Source: an uncultured Acidobacteriota bacterium
GTDB lineage: Bacteria; Acidobacteriota; Thermoanaerobaculia; Multivoradales; UBA5704
Direction: 5' to 3'
DNA length: 64,000 nt
Assembly: GCA_963770895.1 (NCBI GenBank)
Contig: CAVYRF010000002.1
Span: 2,720,001 to 2,784,000 of the forward strand
Shown here: positions 27,739 to 37,851 of the stretch, in pieces
Layout of the letters: each line of letters opens with the position of its first letter
Position numbering within the stretch: the stretch's first letter is position 1
Notes under the pieces: model-generated
Databases searched by the model: none
What the model was told of the DNA's origin: nothing
Seen by the model: only the letters and a program-made list of their open reading frames with translations
Position numbers and translations under genes: made by a program

Positions 27739-29046
27739 TCAGTTGCTGGTGGGATCGGTGTGGTTGGGGGCGCAGGCGCTGTCGAAGTGGGTGGCGTCCA
27801 CCGCCGACGAGTAATACGGGACGCCGGGGGCGTTGTAGATGGCGGATACCCACGCCTGCGCGGCGGTCGCGTCGGCGGGCGGCACCGCGCCGGCGGCCGC
27901 GATCGAGGTGTTCAGGTTGAGATAGACCCATCCATACTGGTAGGGCACCGGCAGCAGCGGGCCGCCGATCTGGATGCGCTGCACCACCGCCGGCAGCGGC
28001 CCGTTGCCCACCGCTCCCGGTGAGTCGATGTCCGTCGCGGGGACAAAGGCGTGCTCCTGTTCGTCGAAGACGACGATCGATTCCTGCCCGAGCGGGAACC
28101 ACGGCGGCCGCGCGTGACGGGCGGCAGGACAGGTGAAGGGCTGTTGCGACAGCTTGGGGTCGCGCCAGACGTCCAGCTGGGTGGTGTCGCCGTTGCCGTT
28201 GAGGTAGCGCACCCCGAACGTCGTCGGCAGCGGCTCGCGGTTGTCCGCCGCGTTGAATCCGTCGCTGCCCCCGTAGAAGGTGTAGGAGCCGGAGGTGGTG
28301 ACGCGGGCGTCGGTGCTGCTCGCCTGGATGGGGACCAGCGGCAGGGTGAGCAGCGTTCCGGCGCCGGTGTTGAGCAGGAAGGCGTTGCCGAACAAGACGT
28401 TGCTGTTGCTCGCGTCGCCGGTGCCGCCGCTGCCGAAGTAGCCGGGATCGCCGGGGAACCGGGTCGAGCAGTTGTTGACCGTATCGATCGTCACGTAGCC
28501 GCGGGCGACGTTGTCGCCCAGGCTGCGGCCGGCACAGAGACCTCCCAGCAGTCTGGATGGCTGGCCGGTGAGCGATTCCTGCAGGTGAGCGGTATAGGCC
28601 GTCGGCAGCATTGGCAGCGGCAGGTAACCGTTGCAGCTGGGAAAGTTTGTATCCTGCGAATAGATACCCTTGGGGCTGATGGTGTCGGTCGGGTCCTGAC
28701 CGGTCGAGGCGGTCTGCGGCAGGTTGCCGTTGATGATGATGTCGCTCATATTGAAGGACTGCTCATCGAAGCCGGTGAGATACATATTGAAGCCGAGCAC
28801 CGGCACCGCCATGTCGGACCAGAACATGACCTTCACCAGGGTGGCGGTCGCGCTGGAGTTGGTGACCGCTACCAGCGTGATCGGGCCGCCGTTGTTGGCC
28901 AGGCCCACTTCAAAATAGGGCAACAGCAGGGTGGCGGCGGGCGCGTTCTCGATGGTGCAGATGGCAGCATGGGCGGCCGGCGCGGTCATTAGCGCCAGCG
29001 CGAGCAACGCTGGCAGGGTCCTGCGGAAAGCGCTCATCCTCTTCAT
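27739..29046 (-). CDS. Secreted Cys-containing hypothetical protein, paralog A
   Basis: Signal peptide ending AHA, mature N-terminus AICTIENAPAATLLLPYFEV, AAGGAG RBS. Colinear paralog of 29382-30686. Confidence 0.85.
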   Translation of the reverse strand: MKRMSAFRRTLPALLALALMTAPAAHAAICTIENAPAATLLLPYFEVGLANNGGPITLVAVTNSSATATLVKVMFWSDMAVPVLGFNMYLTGFDEQSFNMSDIIINGNLPQTASTGQDPTDTISPKGIYSQDTNFPSCNGYLPLPMLPTAYTAHLQESLTGQPSRLLGGLCAGRSLGDNVARGYVTIDTVNNCSTRFPGDPGYFGSGGTGDASNSNVLFGNAFLLNTGAGTLLTLPLVPIQASSTDARVTTSGSYTFYGGSDGFNAADNREPLPTTFGVRYLNGNGDTTQLDVWRDPKLSQQPFTCPAARHARPPWFPLGQESIVVFDEQEHAFVPATDIDSPGAVGNGPLPAVVQRIQIGGPLLPVPYQYGWVYLNLNTSIAAAGAVPPADATAAQAWVSAIYNAPGVPYYSSAVDATHFDSACAPNHTDPTSN

Positions 29047-29381
29047 CGCACACACTCCTTCCGTATGGCCGCCGTGGCTGCGCGGGCAGCTGGCGGCGCG
29101 TCAGGGTGCAACGCGGATGGTCGCTCCGGAGCTGACCTCTATGTATGTGATATTAGCATTTCATGGTAAGGCTGCATAGGGGTGGTCTCCGCCGTGCCGC
29201 CCTGGGCCGGTCGTGCGGGCGACTGCCGGTGGTATCGGCGTGGGGGGGTGGCCTTCGGCGAGCTGGTAACCGCGCCGAGCCAGCGGGAGAGGATACGGCT
29301 GGAGGCGGGCCGAGCCGACCTGGAGAGGCCGGCCGGCGCCTCTCCAGGTCGCGCTTCAAAAGATGGCGCGCGAACGTTCGG

Positions 29382-30686
29382 TCAATTGCTGGTGGGGTCG
29401 GTGTGGTTGGCGCTGCAGGCGCTGTCGAAATGGGCGGCGTCGGCCGCCGACGAGTACGAGGTGGTGCCGGGGGTGTTGTAGATGGCGGAGACCCACGCTT
29501 GCGCCGCCGTTGCGTCGGCGGGCGGCACCGCGCCGGCGGCGGCGATCGAAGTGTTCAGGTTGAGATAGAGCCATCCAAAGCTGTAGGGCACCGGCAGCAG
29601 CGGGCCGCCGATCTGGATGCGCTGCACCGCGGCCGGCAGCGGTCCGCTGCCCGTCTGTTCCGGCGAGTTGATGTCGGTCGCGGGGACGAAGGCGTGTTCC
29701 TGGCTGTCGAAGGCGACGATCGATTCCTGACCGAGCGGGAACCAGGCGGGCCGCGCCTGGCGGGCGGCGGGGCAGGTGAACGGATGTTGCGACAGCTTGG
29801 GGTCGCGCCACACGTCCAGCTGGGTGGTGCTGCCGCTCAGGCTGTAGTAGCGCACGCCGAACGTCGTCGACAGCGGCGTGCGGTTGTCCGCCCCGCTGAA
29901 CCCGTCGCTGCCGCCGTAGAAGGTGTAGGAGCCGGGTGTGATGACGCGCGCGTCGGTGCTGCTGGCCTGGATATGGACCAGCGGCAGGGTGAGCATCGTT
30001 CCCGCGCCGGCGTTGAACAGGACGACGTCGCCGAACAGGACGTTGCTGTCGGTCGCGTCGCCGGTGCCGCCGGCGCCGAAATAGCCGACGTCGCCGGGGA
30101 ACCGGAGCGTGCAGTTGTTGACCGTATCCATGGTCACGTAGCCGCGGGCGACGTTGTCGCCCAGGCTGCGGCCGGCACAGAGACCTCCCAGGATTGCCGA
30201 GGGCTTGCCGGTGAGCGACGATTGCAGGTGGGTGATGTAGGTCTGCGGCAGGGCGGGTGGGGGCAGGACGCCGTTGCAGCTGGCGTAGTTGATGTCCTGC
30301 GAATAGACCCCCTTGGGGCTGATGGTGTCGTTCGGATCCTGGCCGGTCGAGGCGGTCTGCGGCAGGTTGCCGTTGTCGATGATGTCGTTGAGGCTGAATT
30401 GCTGCTGGTCGAAGCCGGTCAGGTAGAGGTTGAAGTCCAGCACCGGCACCGCCAGGTCGGACCAGAGCACGACGTGCACCAGGGTGGCGGCGGCGCTGGC
30501 GTTGTTGATCGTCACCGAGGTGGATGCACCGCCGTTGTTGGCCAGCGCCACCTCAAAATAGGGCAGCAGCAGGGTTGCGGCGGGGGCGGTTTCGATGCCG
30601 CAAATGGCGGCGTGGGCCGCCGGGGAAGCCAGCAGCGTCAGCACCAGCAACGCCGGCAGGCTCCTGGGGAAATCGCTCCTCCTCAT
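29382..30686 (-). CDS. Secreted Cys-containing hypothetical protein, paralog B
   Basis: Signal peptide, AICGIETAPAATLLLPYFEV, and the same C-terminus HTDPTSN as paralog A. Confidence 0.85.
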   Translation of the reverse strand: MRRSDFPRSLPALLVLTLLASPAAHAAICGIETAPAATLLLPYFEVALANNGGASTSVTINNASAAATLVHVVLWSDLAVPVLDFNLYLTGFDQQQFSLNDIIDNGNLPQTASTGQDPNDTISPKGVYSQDINYASCNGVLPPPALPQTYITHLQSSLTGKPSAILGGLCAGRSLGDNVARGYVTMDTVNNCTLRFPGDVGYFGAGGTGDATDSNVLFGDVVLFNAGAGTMLTLPLVHIQASSTDARVITPGSYTFYGGSDGFSGADNRTPLSTTFGVRYYSLSGSTTQLDVWRDPKLSQHPFTCPAARQARPAWFPLGQESIVAFDSQEHAFVPATDINSPEQTGSGPLPAAVQRIQIGGPLLPVPYSFGWLYLNLNTSIAAAGAVPPADATAAQAWVSAIYNTPGTTSYSSAADAAHFDSACSANHTDPTSN

Positions 30687-30944
30687 CGCACACACTCCTT
30701 CCGGAATGGCCGCCGTGGCTGCACGCAGCGGGCGGCGCGTCAGAATGCCAACGTGGGTGGTCGCTCCGGAGCGAACCCGAACCTATGCGATAATAGCATT
30801 TCATGGTCTGGCTGCATAGAGGGCAGCACGGCGCGCGGCCGGCCCCGGCGATCCCCCGCCGGCGCCGGGTGCGGTTGGCCTGTCCGGGGAAAGGTGATAT
30901 GAAATGTCACAATTACATGCGGCTGCGGCCGAAGGAGAGCCGAC

Positions 30945-31808
<864 letters not shown>

Positions 31809-31922
31809 TCCGCCCGCGACGGCCGCGGCCCGACCCAGGAGCAACAGGTCCGGTCGCGGCCGGCGGCGCCCGCGGTCCAACGCCGGGCGTGCCGCCGGTG
31901 CGATCAGGGAGTCTGAACGCTG

Positions 31923-32375
31923 ATGGCTGAAGTTCCCGCAAAGCTGGAAGAGACGCTGGAGGTGCTGGACATGGTTGCCGACCGGTCCGAGCGCATCCAG
32001 ATGCTGATCGATATCGCCGGCCGCTTCCAGGAGGTGCCGCAGGGCATTGCCCGCCGCCCCTTCGCCGAAGCGCACCGGGTGCAGGCTTGCGAATCGCAGG
32101 CCTTCGTGTGGGGGCAGGACCGGCCCGACGGCACGCTGGGGCTGTATTTTGCCGTCGAAAACCCGCAGGGCATCTCGGCCAAGGCGCTGTCGGTGATCCT
32201 TGGCGAGGGGCTGTCGGGGGAGCCGCTGGAGCAGGTGGCCGCGGTGTCGCCGGACCTGGTCTACCGCATCTTCGGCCGCGAGCTGTCCATGGGCAAGTCG
32301 ATGGGGCTGATGGGCATCGTCAGCATGGTGGCGGGGTTCGCGCAGCGTCGCCTCGCCGCGCAAAGAACTTCGTAA
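31923..32375 (+). CDS. sufE: SufE-family sulfur acceptor
   Basis: VQACESQAFVW with the conserved Cys; directly follows the sulfurtransferase. Confidence 0.85.
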   Translation: MAEVPAKLEETLEVLDMVADRSERIQMLIDIAGRFQEVPQGIARRPFAEAHRVQACESQAFVWGQDRPDGTLGLYFAVENPQGISAKALSVILGEGLSGEPLEQVAAVSPDLVYRIFGRELSMGKSMGLMGIVSMVAGFAQRRLAAQRTS

Positions 32376-32415
32376 CGCAAAGTACTTGACGCGGCCGTTG
32401 GGGAAGTCCTAGACT
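32367..32415 (+). promoter_or_regulatory. sigma70-type promoter with an adjacent imperfect palindrome
   Basis: TTGACG (32386)-N18-TAGACT (32410). The palindrome ACTTCGTAACGCAAAGT at 32367-32383 abuts the -35 box. Confidence 0.55.
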
Positions 32416-32422
32416 TTCCTGT

Positions 32423-33052
32423 GTGACGCTGCCCACCCCGATCCGCGGCCCGCGCCCATCCCCCGTAGTGTCCCATCCGCCCGCGCTGCACCTGCGGGCG
32501 ATGGACAACCTGCGCTTCATCCGCCGCACCATGGAAGATGCGCTCTGCTTCACCGCCGTCTCGGGCATCGGCGAAGTGGCGGTGGGGGTGACGGCGCTGG
32601 CGGCGGCGTGGCTGGCGGCGCACCAGGCGACGCCGCTGGGGTGGCTGCTGGTGTGGCTGGGGGAAGCCCTGATCGCCGCCTGCGTGACCGGCGGCGCCGT
32701 GGTGTGGAAGGCGCGGCAGGCGCGGCTCAGCCTCACGTCGCGCCCGGGCCGCCGCTTCGTGCTCGGCCTGCTGCCCCCCCTGGGGGCCGGCGCGCTGCTC
32801 ACCTACGCGGTGTTCGCGGCGGGGGCGGAGCGCCTGCTGCCGGGCCTGTGGCTGCTGCTGTACGGCACGGCGGTGGTCACCGGCGGCGCCTTTTCGGTGC
32901 GCATCGTGCCGGTGATGGGGCTGGGCTTCATGGCCCTGGGCGGCGCGGCGCTGTTCGCGCCGGCGGCCTGGGGCAACTGGCTGCTGGCGGCCGGCTTCGG
33001 CGGCCTCAACCTGATGTTCGGCCTGGTGATCGCGAGGCGCCACGGTGGCTAA
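32423..33052 (+). CDS. Multi-pass membrane hypothetical protein
   Basis: About six hydrophobic segments, N-terminal RAMDNLRFIRRTME, overlaps the downstream regulator start. Confidence 0.78.
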   Translation: MTLPTPIRGPRPSPVVSHPPALHLRAMDNLRFIRRTMEDALCFTAVSGIGEVAVGVTALAAAWLAAHQATPLGWLLVWLGEALIAACVTGGAVVWKARQARLSLTSRPGRRFVLGLLPPLGAGALLTYAVFAAGAERLLPGLWLLLYGTAVVTGGAFSVRIVPVMGLGFMALGGAALFAPAAWGNWLLAAGFGGLNLMFGLVIARRHGG

Positions 33053-33491
33053 GCGCACCTCGACCCTGCGCCACGACGCGGCCGACAAGGCGGCGCTGCG
33101 GGACGCCGCGGAGGCGACGCATCTCCCGGTCGTTCCGCCGCTGCCTGGCGACGGCGCCGCCGGCGCCGGCGCCGCCGCCGACGCGCACGACGGCGGGGCG
33201 CTCGACCTGGACCGGCTGATCCACGAGCGCCTGCGGCTGGGGATCGTCGCGGCGCTGGCGGTCAACCCCAGCCTGACCTTCAACGACCTCAAGAGCCTGC
33301 TGCACTCGACCGACGGCAACCTGAGCGTGCATGCCCGCAAGCTGGAAGAAGCGGGCTACGTCGCCTGTCAAAAGTCGTTCGTCGGCCGGCTGCCCAAGAC
33401 CGAGTACCGGCTGACCACGTCCGGCCGGCGGGCGCTGGAGCGCTACCTGAATCACATGGAAGCGATCATCCACGCGACGCGGGCTCCCTAG
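33045..33491 (+). CDS. Winged-helix transcriptional regulator (HTH_34/MarR-like)
   Basis: LDRLIHERLRLGI..TDGNLSVHARKLEEAGY..KTEYRLT..GRRAL. Confidence 0.88.
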   Translation: MAKRTSTLRHDAADKAALRDAAEATHLPVVPPLPGDGAAGAGAAADAHDGGALDLDRLIHERLRLGIVAALAVNPSLTFNDLKSLLHSTDGNLSVHARKLEEAGYVACQKSFVGRLPKTEYRLTTSGRRALERYLNHMEAIIHATRAP

Positions 33492-33584
33492 TGTCCCGCC
33501 CGCTGTCCACGACGTACCCCGAGCGCACCCGCGATCAACCCTTAACCTGTCGACGTTCTGTTTGAGCTGGGAGGAGGATGGGCG

Positions 33585-34451
33585 ATGGCCCAACGGTCTG
33601 GACACGATGCGGCGTCCCGCTGCGGATTGCACGCCGCCATCATCATGGACGGCAACGGCCGCTGGGCGCAGGCGCGCGGCAGGTCGCGGACCGCTGGCCA
33701 TCTGGCGGGCGCCGACGCGGTGCGGCGCACCGTCGAGGCGGCGCCCGGCTGCGGCATCAGCACCCTGACGCTGTACGCCTTTTCCTCGGACAACTGGCGG
33801 CGGCCCCCCGACGAGGTCGGGGCGCTGATGCGCCTGTTGCGCCGCTACCTGATGGCTGAGACGGGCCGCTGCGTGGCAAACGGCGTGCGCATCCAGGTCA
33901 TCGGCCGCCGCGACCGGCTGGCGCCGTCGCTGGTGCGCGGCATCGAAGCCGCCGAAAGCTCGACCGCGGGCGGCGCCCGGTTGCTGCTGCGCATCGCCGT
34001 GGACTATTCGGCCCGCGACGCCATCCTGCGCGCGGCGCACCAGTTCTACACCGCGGGCGCCGCGCACGCCGGCTGCCCCGCGGCCGAGCTGAGCCGCGAG
34101 CAGCTTTCGCTGCTGCTGGCCGGCGGCCCGGCCGCGCCGGGTAGCCCGGCGCACCCGGAGCACCCGGGGATCATCGCCCGCGACGTCGATCTGCTCATCC
34201 GCACCGGCGGCGAGCAGCGCCTGTCGGATTTCCTGTTGTGGGAGTGCGCCTACGCCGAGCTGATCTTCACCGAGCGCATGTGGCCCGACTTCGGCACCGC
34301 GGACCTGGAAGCCGCGGTGGGCGAATTCCACAGCCGGGAACGCCGCTTCGGCACCGTCCCGGCGGCCGCGGCGTCGCATCTGCCGCGGCGCTCCCGCGCC
34401 GCCGCCCCGCTGGCCGACCTGCAAGCCGCCACCCCCTTCGGCCGCGCCTGA
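33585..34451 (+). CDS. uppS: cis-prenyltransferase (undecaprenyl/decaprenyl diphosphate synthase)
   Basis: [40 protein letters not shown] motifs; GGAGG RBS. Confidence 0.93.
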   Translation: MAQRSGHDAASRCGLHAAIIMDGNGRWAQARGRSRTAGHLAGADAVRRTVEAAPGCGISTLTLYAFSSDNWRRPPDEVGALMRLLRRYLMAETGRCVANGVRIQVIGRRDRLAPSLVRGIEAAESSTAGGARLLLRIAVDYSARDAILRAAHQFYTAGAAHAGCPAAELSREQLSLLLAGGPAAPGSPAHPEHPGIIARDVDLLIRTGGEQRLSDFLLWECAYAELIFTERMWPDFGTADLEAAVGEFHSRERRFGTVPAAAASHLPRRSRAAAPLADLQAATPFGRA

Positions 34452-34452
34452 C

Positions 34453-34494
34453 AAAACAAAAGCGCGCCACCTCCGTCAGGGGGCGGCGCGCTTT
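34453..34494 (-). terminator. Intrinsic terminator between convergent uppS and htpG
   Basis: aaagcgcgcc...ggcgcgcttt stem with a long T tract on the minus strand. Confidence 0.7.
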
Positions 34495-34544
34495 GGCGTT
34501 GTGCCATGCCGGGCGCCGGGCGTCCGGCGCGGCGGTGGCCGCGG

Positions 34545-36518
34545 CTACATGCCGCGCGACATCAGGTCGGCGACGGCGCGGTTGAAGCGCGCCACGTCGG
34601 GAAGCTCGGTGCCCTCGGCGAGCAGGCCGTAGCCGAGCAGGATGTTGGCGTATTCCGGGATGGCCGGATCGTTCTTGTCCTTGTCGAAGCGCGCCTTGAG
34701 GCCGGTGACGATCGGGTGGTTGGGGTTGAGCTCCATGATGCGGCGCTGCTTGGGACCGCCGCCCTTGCCCTTTTGCAGCAGCTTTTCGAGTTGCGGGCTG
34801 TAGTCGTGCTCGGCGCCGACCAGGCAGACCGGCGAGGTGGTCAGCCGGCTGGTCAGGCGCACCTGCTTGACCTGCTCGTCGAGCTTTTGCTGCATCAGCT
34901 CCAGCAGCGGCTTGAGCTCCTCTTCCTTGGCCTTGAGCGTCTCTTCGGCCTGCTTTTTCTCTTCGTCGCTGCCCAGCGAGACGGTGCCCTTGCCGACCGA
35001 CTTGAGCCGCTTGCCGGCGTACTCGTTGAGCGACTGGGTGAGCAGCTCGTCCACCGGGTCGACCAGGTAGAGGACTTCGTAGCCCTTGTCCTTGAACGCT
35101 TCGAGGTGCGGCGAGCTCTCCACCTGGGCGCGCGATTCGCCGGTCAGATAGTAGATCTCCTCCTGGCCCTCCTTGAGACGCGACACGTAGTCCTTGAGGG
35201 TGGTGAGCTTTTCCGGATCGTGCGAGGACTGGAACAGCAGCAGCTCCAAGAGCGCGTCCTTGTTCTCATAGTCGGCGCTGACGCCTTCCTTGATGGCGCG
35301 GCCGAACTCACCCCAGAACTTGAGGTAGGTGTCCGCTTCCTTTTCCCGCATCTGCTCGAAGGTGTCGAGCACCTTCTTGGTCAGGCCCTTGCGGATCAGG
35401 GTGATGTGGCGGTCCTGCTGGAGCATTTCGCGCGACACGTTGAGCGCCAGGTCGGGCGAATCGACGACGCCGCGCACGAAACGCAGGTAGTGGGGCAGCA
35501 GGTCTTCGCACTTCTCCAGGATCTGGATGCGCTTGACGTAGAGCTGCAGGCCGACCTTGGACGCCACGTAGTACAGGTCGTAGGGCGCCTGCGAGGGCAC
35601 GAACAGCAACGCCTGGTATTCGATGCGCCCTTCGGCCTTGAAGGAGATCACCTTGAGCGGCTCGGTCCAGTCGTGCGAGATGTGGCGGTAGAACTCGTTG
35701 TAGGCCTCGGCGGTGACTTCCGACTGCGGCCGGGTCCAGATCGGCTTCATCGAGTTGAGGGTCTTTTCCTCGAGCGGCATCTTCGGCTTTTCGCCGGTCT
35801 CCTTCTCCTTGGCCAGGTCCTCGATCTCGGGGTCCTTTTCGGCGGTGAGGATGATCGGGTAGGAGACGAAGTCGGAATAACGGCGGACGATGCGGCTGAT
35901 CACCCAGCGATCGCTCCAGTCTTCGATGCCGTTGTCGCGGTCTTCGGGCTTGAGGTGGAGGGTGATCGTGGTGCCGCGGCCGGCGCGCTCGGCGTCGGCG
36001 ATCTGGTAGGTGCCGTCGCCGGTCGATTCCCAGCGCGTGCCGCCGGTTTCGCCGGCACGCCGGGTTTCCAGCACGACGCGCTCCGCCGCCATGAACGACG
36101 AGTAGAAGCCGACGCCGAACTGGCCGATCAGCTCGGCGATGGTCTGCTTGGATTCGCCCTGCTTGAGGCGATTGACCAGTTCCCGCGTGCCCGACTTGGC
36201 GATGGTGCCGATGTTGGCGATCACTTCTTCGCGGCTCATGCCGATACCGTTGTCGGTGACCGTCAGGGTCCGCTTTTCGCGGTCGGCGGCCAGCCGGATC
36301 TCCAGCGCGTCCTCCTTGCCGTCCGGCCCGGCGGCCAGCAGGTCGGGGTTGGTGAGCGCCTCGAAGCGCAGGCGGTCGAGGGCGTCCGAGCCGTTGGAGA
36401 TCAGCTCACGCAGGAAGATCTCTTTGTTGGAATAGAGCGAGTGGATCATCAGATCCAGCAGCTGCTTGGTCTCTGCCTGGAATGGCAGCGTCTCGACGGG
36501 GCTGGTGGTGGTGGTCAT
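34545..36518 (-). CDS. htpG: Hsp90 chaperone HtpG
   Basis: FQAETKQLL, YSNKEIFLRELISN, IGQFGVGFYS, LNVSREMLQ. Start at MTTTTSPVE. Confidence 0.97.
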   Translation of the reverse strand: MTTTTSPVETLPFQAETKQLLDLMIHSLYSNKEIFLRELISNGSDALDRLRFEALTNPDLLAAGPDGKEDALEIRLAADREKRTLTVTDNGIGMSREEVIANIGTIAKSGTRELVNRLKQGESKQTIAELIGQFGVGFYSSFMAAERVVLETRRAGETGGTRWESTGDGTYQIADAERAGRGTTITLHLKPEDRDNGIEDWSDRWVISRIVRRYSDFVSYPIILTAEKDPEIEDLAKEKETGEKPKMPLEEKTLNSMKPIWTRPQSEVTAEAYNEFYRHISHDWTEPLKVISFKAEGRIEYQALLFVPSQAPYDLYYVASKVGLQLYVKRIQILEKCEDLLPHYLRFVRGVVDSPDLALNVSREMLQQDRHITLIRKGLTKKVLDTFEQMREKEADTYLKFWGEFGRAIKEGVSADYENKDALLELLLFQSSHDPEKLTTLKDYVSRLKEGQEEIYYLTGESRAQVESSPHLEAFKDKGYEVLYLVDPVDELLTQSLNEYAGKRLKSVGKGTVSLGSDEEKKQAEETLKAKEEELKPLLELMQQKLDEQVKQVRLTSRLTTSPVCLVGAEHDYSPQLEKLLQKGKGGGPKQRRIMELNPNHPIVTGLKARFDKDKNDPAIPEYANILLGYGLLAEGTELPDVARFNRAVADLMSRGM

Positions 36519-36651
36519 AGCGTCTCCTGTTCGATTCCTTGCAGATCGGCGCCTGGGGAAACCGGAAGAGCAGGGTGGAAACTTCCCCGGGGGAGCGGGC
36601 GGCGGCTGCCGCTGCCGCGCCGCCAGACGGCCCGCGGCATTCAGCGAGTGA

Positions 36652-36680
36652 ATGTTAGTCGAAGGCGCGCAGGTATGCAA
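36652..36680 (-). promoter_or_regulatory. Candidate htpG promoter
   Basis: TTGCAT-N17-TAACAT on the minus strand. Confidence 0.5.
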
Positions 36681-36868
36681 GCCCCTGGTAGCCTCATATC
36701 TGACAGTCGTGCGCTCAATGGTCGGATGAGGGACAGGCGCAACCCGATTGGCGGCCGCCTCGTAGTGTCGCGGGTGGGTGACAGGGCGGGTGGCGAGCGG
36801 GCACCGTGGCCCGGCGGACGGATATACTGGACGGCTGAGGATCCGCAACAAGGGTCCGGGAGGAAATC

Positions 36869-37744
36869 GTGGCCGACGAGCGCGCCACCGGCCGGGACGT
36901 GATCCTGGCGATCGCCGAGAACATGCGGGCCAGCCTCGAACCGTTGATCACCAGGACGGTCGCTCCCAGCCTGTACCAGGTGTACCTGCACGCCGGCGAT
37001 TACGACCGCCTGCACACCCTGTTCGGCGACATCGAAACCGAGGCGCGGGAGCTGCTCGACCGCGAGCTGGCGCAGCTCAATCGCCCGCCGGCCAGCGGCG
37101 TCGGCCGCCTGGTCAAGGTGCTGCGGCCGCGCCGCAAGGAAGAACCGGCGGCGGAGCCGGCCGAGCCGCCGCGCTTTTACTCGGCCGAAGGGCGCTGGTT
37201 CATTCGCTTCCAGGAAGACCCCAACTCCGCGCTGGAGCCGGGCGACGTGCAGGTGGTCTCCGAATTCGCGCAGCGCCAGGCCACCGGCTACGGCGCCGGC
37301 AACCCCACCCACCGCATCTCCACCACCCGGCGGCTGGGGGGGCAGCGGGTGACCAGCCAGCGCCAGGGCGCCGACCCGGCGGCCGCCTACGCCCACATCC
37401 GCTACAAGGACGACTCGGGAGCCAAGGAATTCTGGGTCGCCAAGGATGAGATCGTCATCGGGCGCGACGCGCCGGACGTCTGGGTGGACCTGCGGCTGGA
37501 AACCTCGCTCGACGTGTCGCGCGAGCACGCGCGGCTGCGGCGCAGCCCGGACAGCGGCGCGTTCCGCATCAAGGACCTGTCCAAGCTGGGCACCACCGTC
37601 AACGGCCAGCCGGTGCCGTCCAGCCTGGAAGCGGCCGGCGACACCGAACGCGACCTGGACCGCTGGAGCGACCTGCCGGACCAGGCGCGGATCGGCCTGG
37701 CGGGCATCGTGTTCCTCGACTTCGAGCGGGTGAGCCGGCCATGA
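36869..37744 (+). CDS. FhaA-like protein (DUF3662-like N-domain plus FHA)
   Basis: N-terminal VAPSLYQVYLHAGDY; FHA motifs IVIGR, VSREHA, DLSKLGTTVNG. Confidence 0.85.
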   Translation: MADERATGRDVILAIAENMRASLEPLITRTVAPSLYQVYLHAGDYDRLHTLFGDIETEARELLDRELAQLNRPPASGVGRLVKVLRPRRKEEPAAEPAEPPRFYSAEGRWFIRFQEDPNSALEPGDVQVVSEFAQRQATGYGAGNPTHRISTTRRLGGQRVTSQRQGADPAAAYAHIRYKDDSGAKEFWVAKDEIVIGRDAPDVWVDLRLETSLDVSREHARLRRSPDSGAFRIKDLSKLGTTVNGQPVPSSLEAAGDTERDLDRWSDLPDQARIGLAGIVFLDFERVSRP

Positions 37745-37845
37745 CCGCCCTGTTCTACGCCCGCCTCGCCGTGCTGGTGGTCTTCGGCCTGGCGGTGGCG
37801 GTGCTTGCCTGGGCTGCCCTGGGCGAAAGACGGCACAAGGGATAG
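37741..37845 (+). CDS. 34-aa single-pass membrane microprotein
   Basis: ATG overlaps the FHA gene stop (ATGA). Reads MTALFYARLAVLVVFGLAVAVLAWAALGERRHKG* and ends 6 bp before the phosphatase start. Confidence 0.6.
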   Translation: MTALFYARLAVLVVFGLAVAVLAWAALGERRHKG

Positions 37846-37851
37846 CCGGCG

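Noticed and set aside
36630-36660. CIRCE-like inverted repeat upstream of htpG
   Set aside because: The arms and spacer do not fit TTAGCACTC-N9-GAGTGCTAA.
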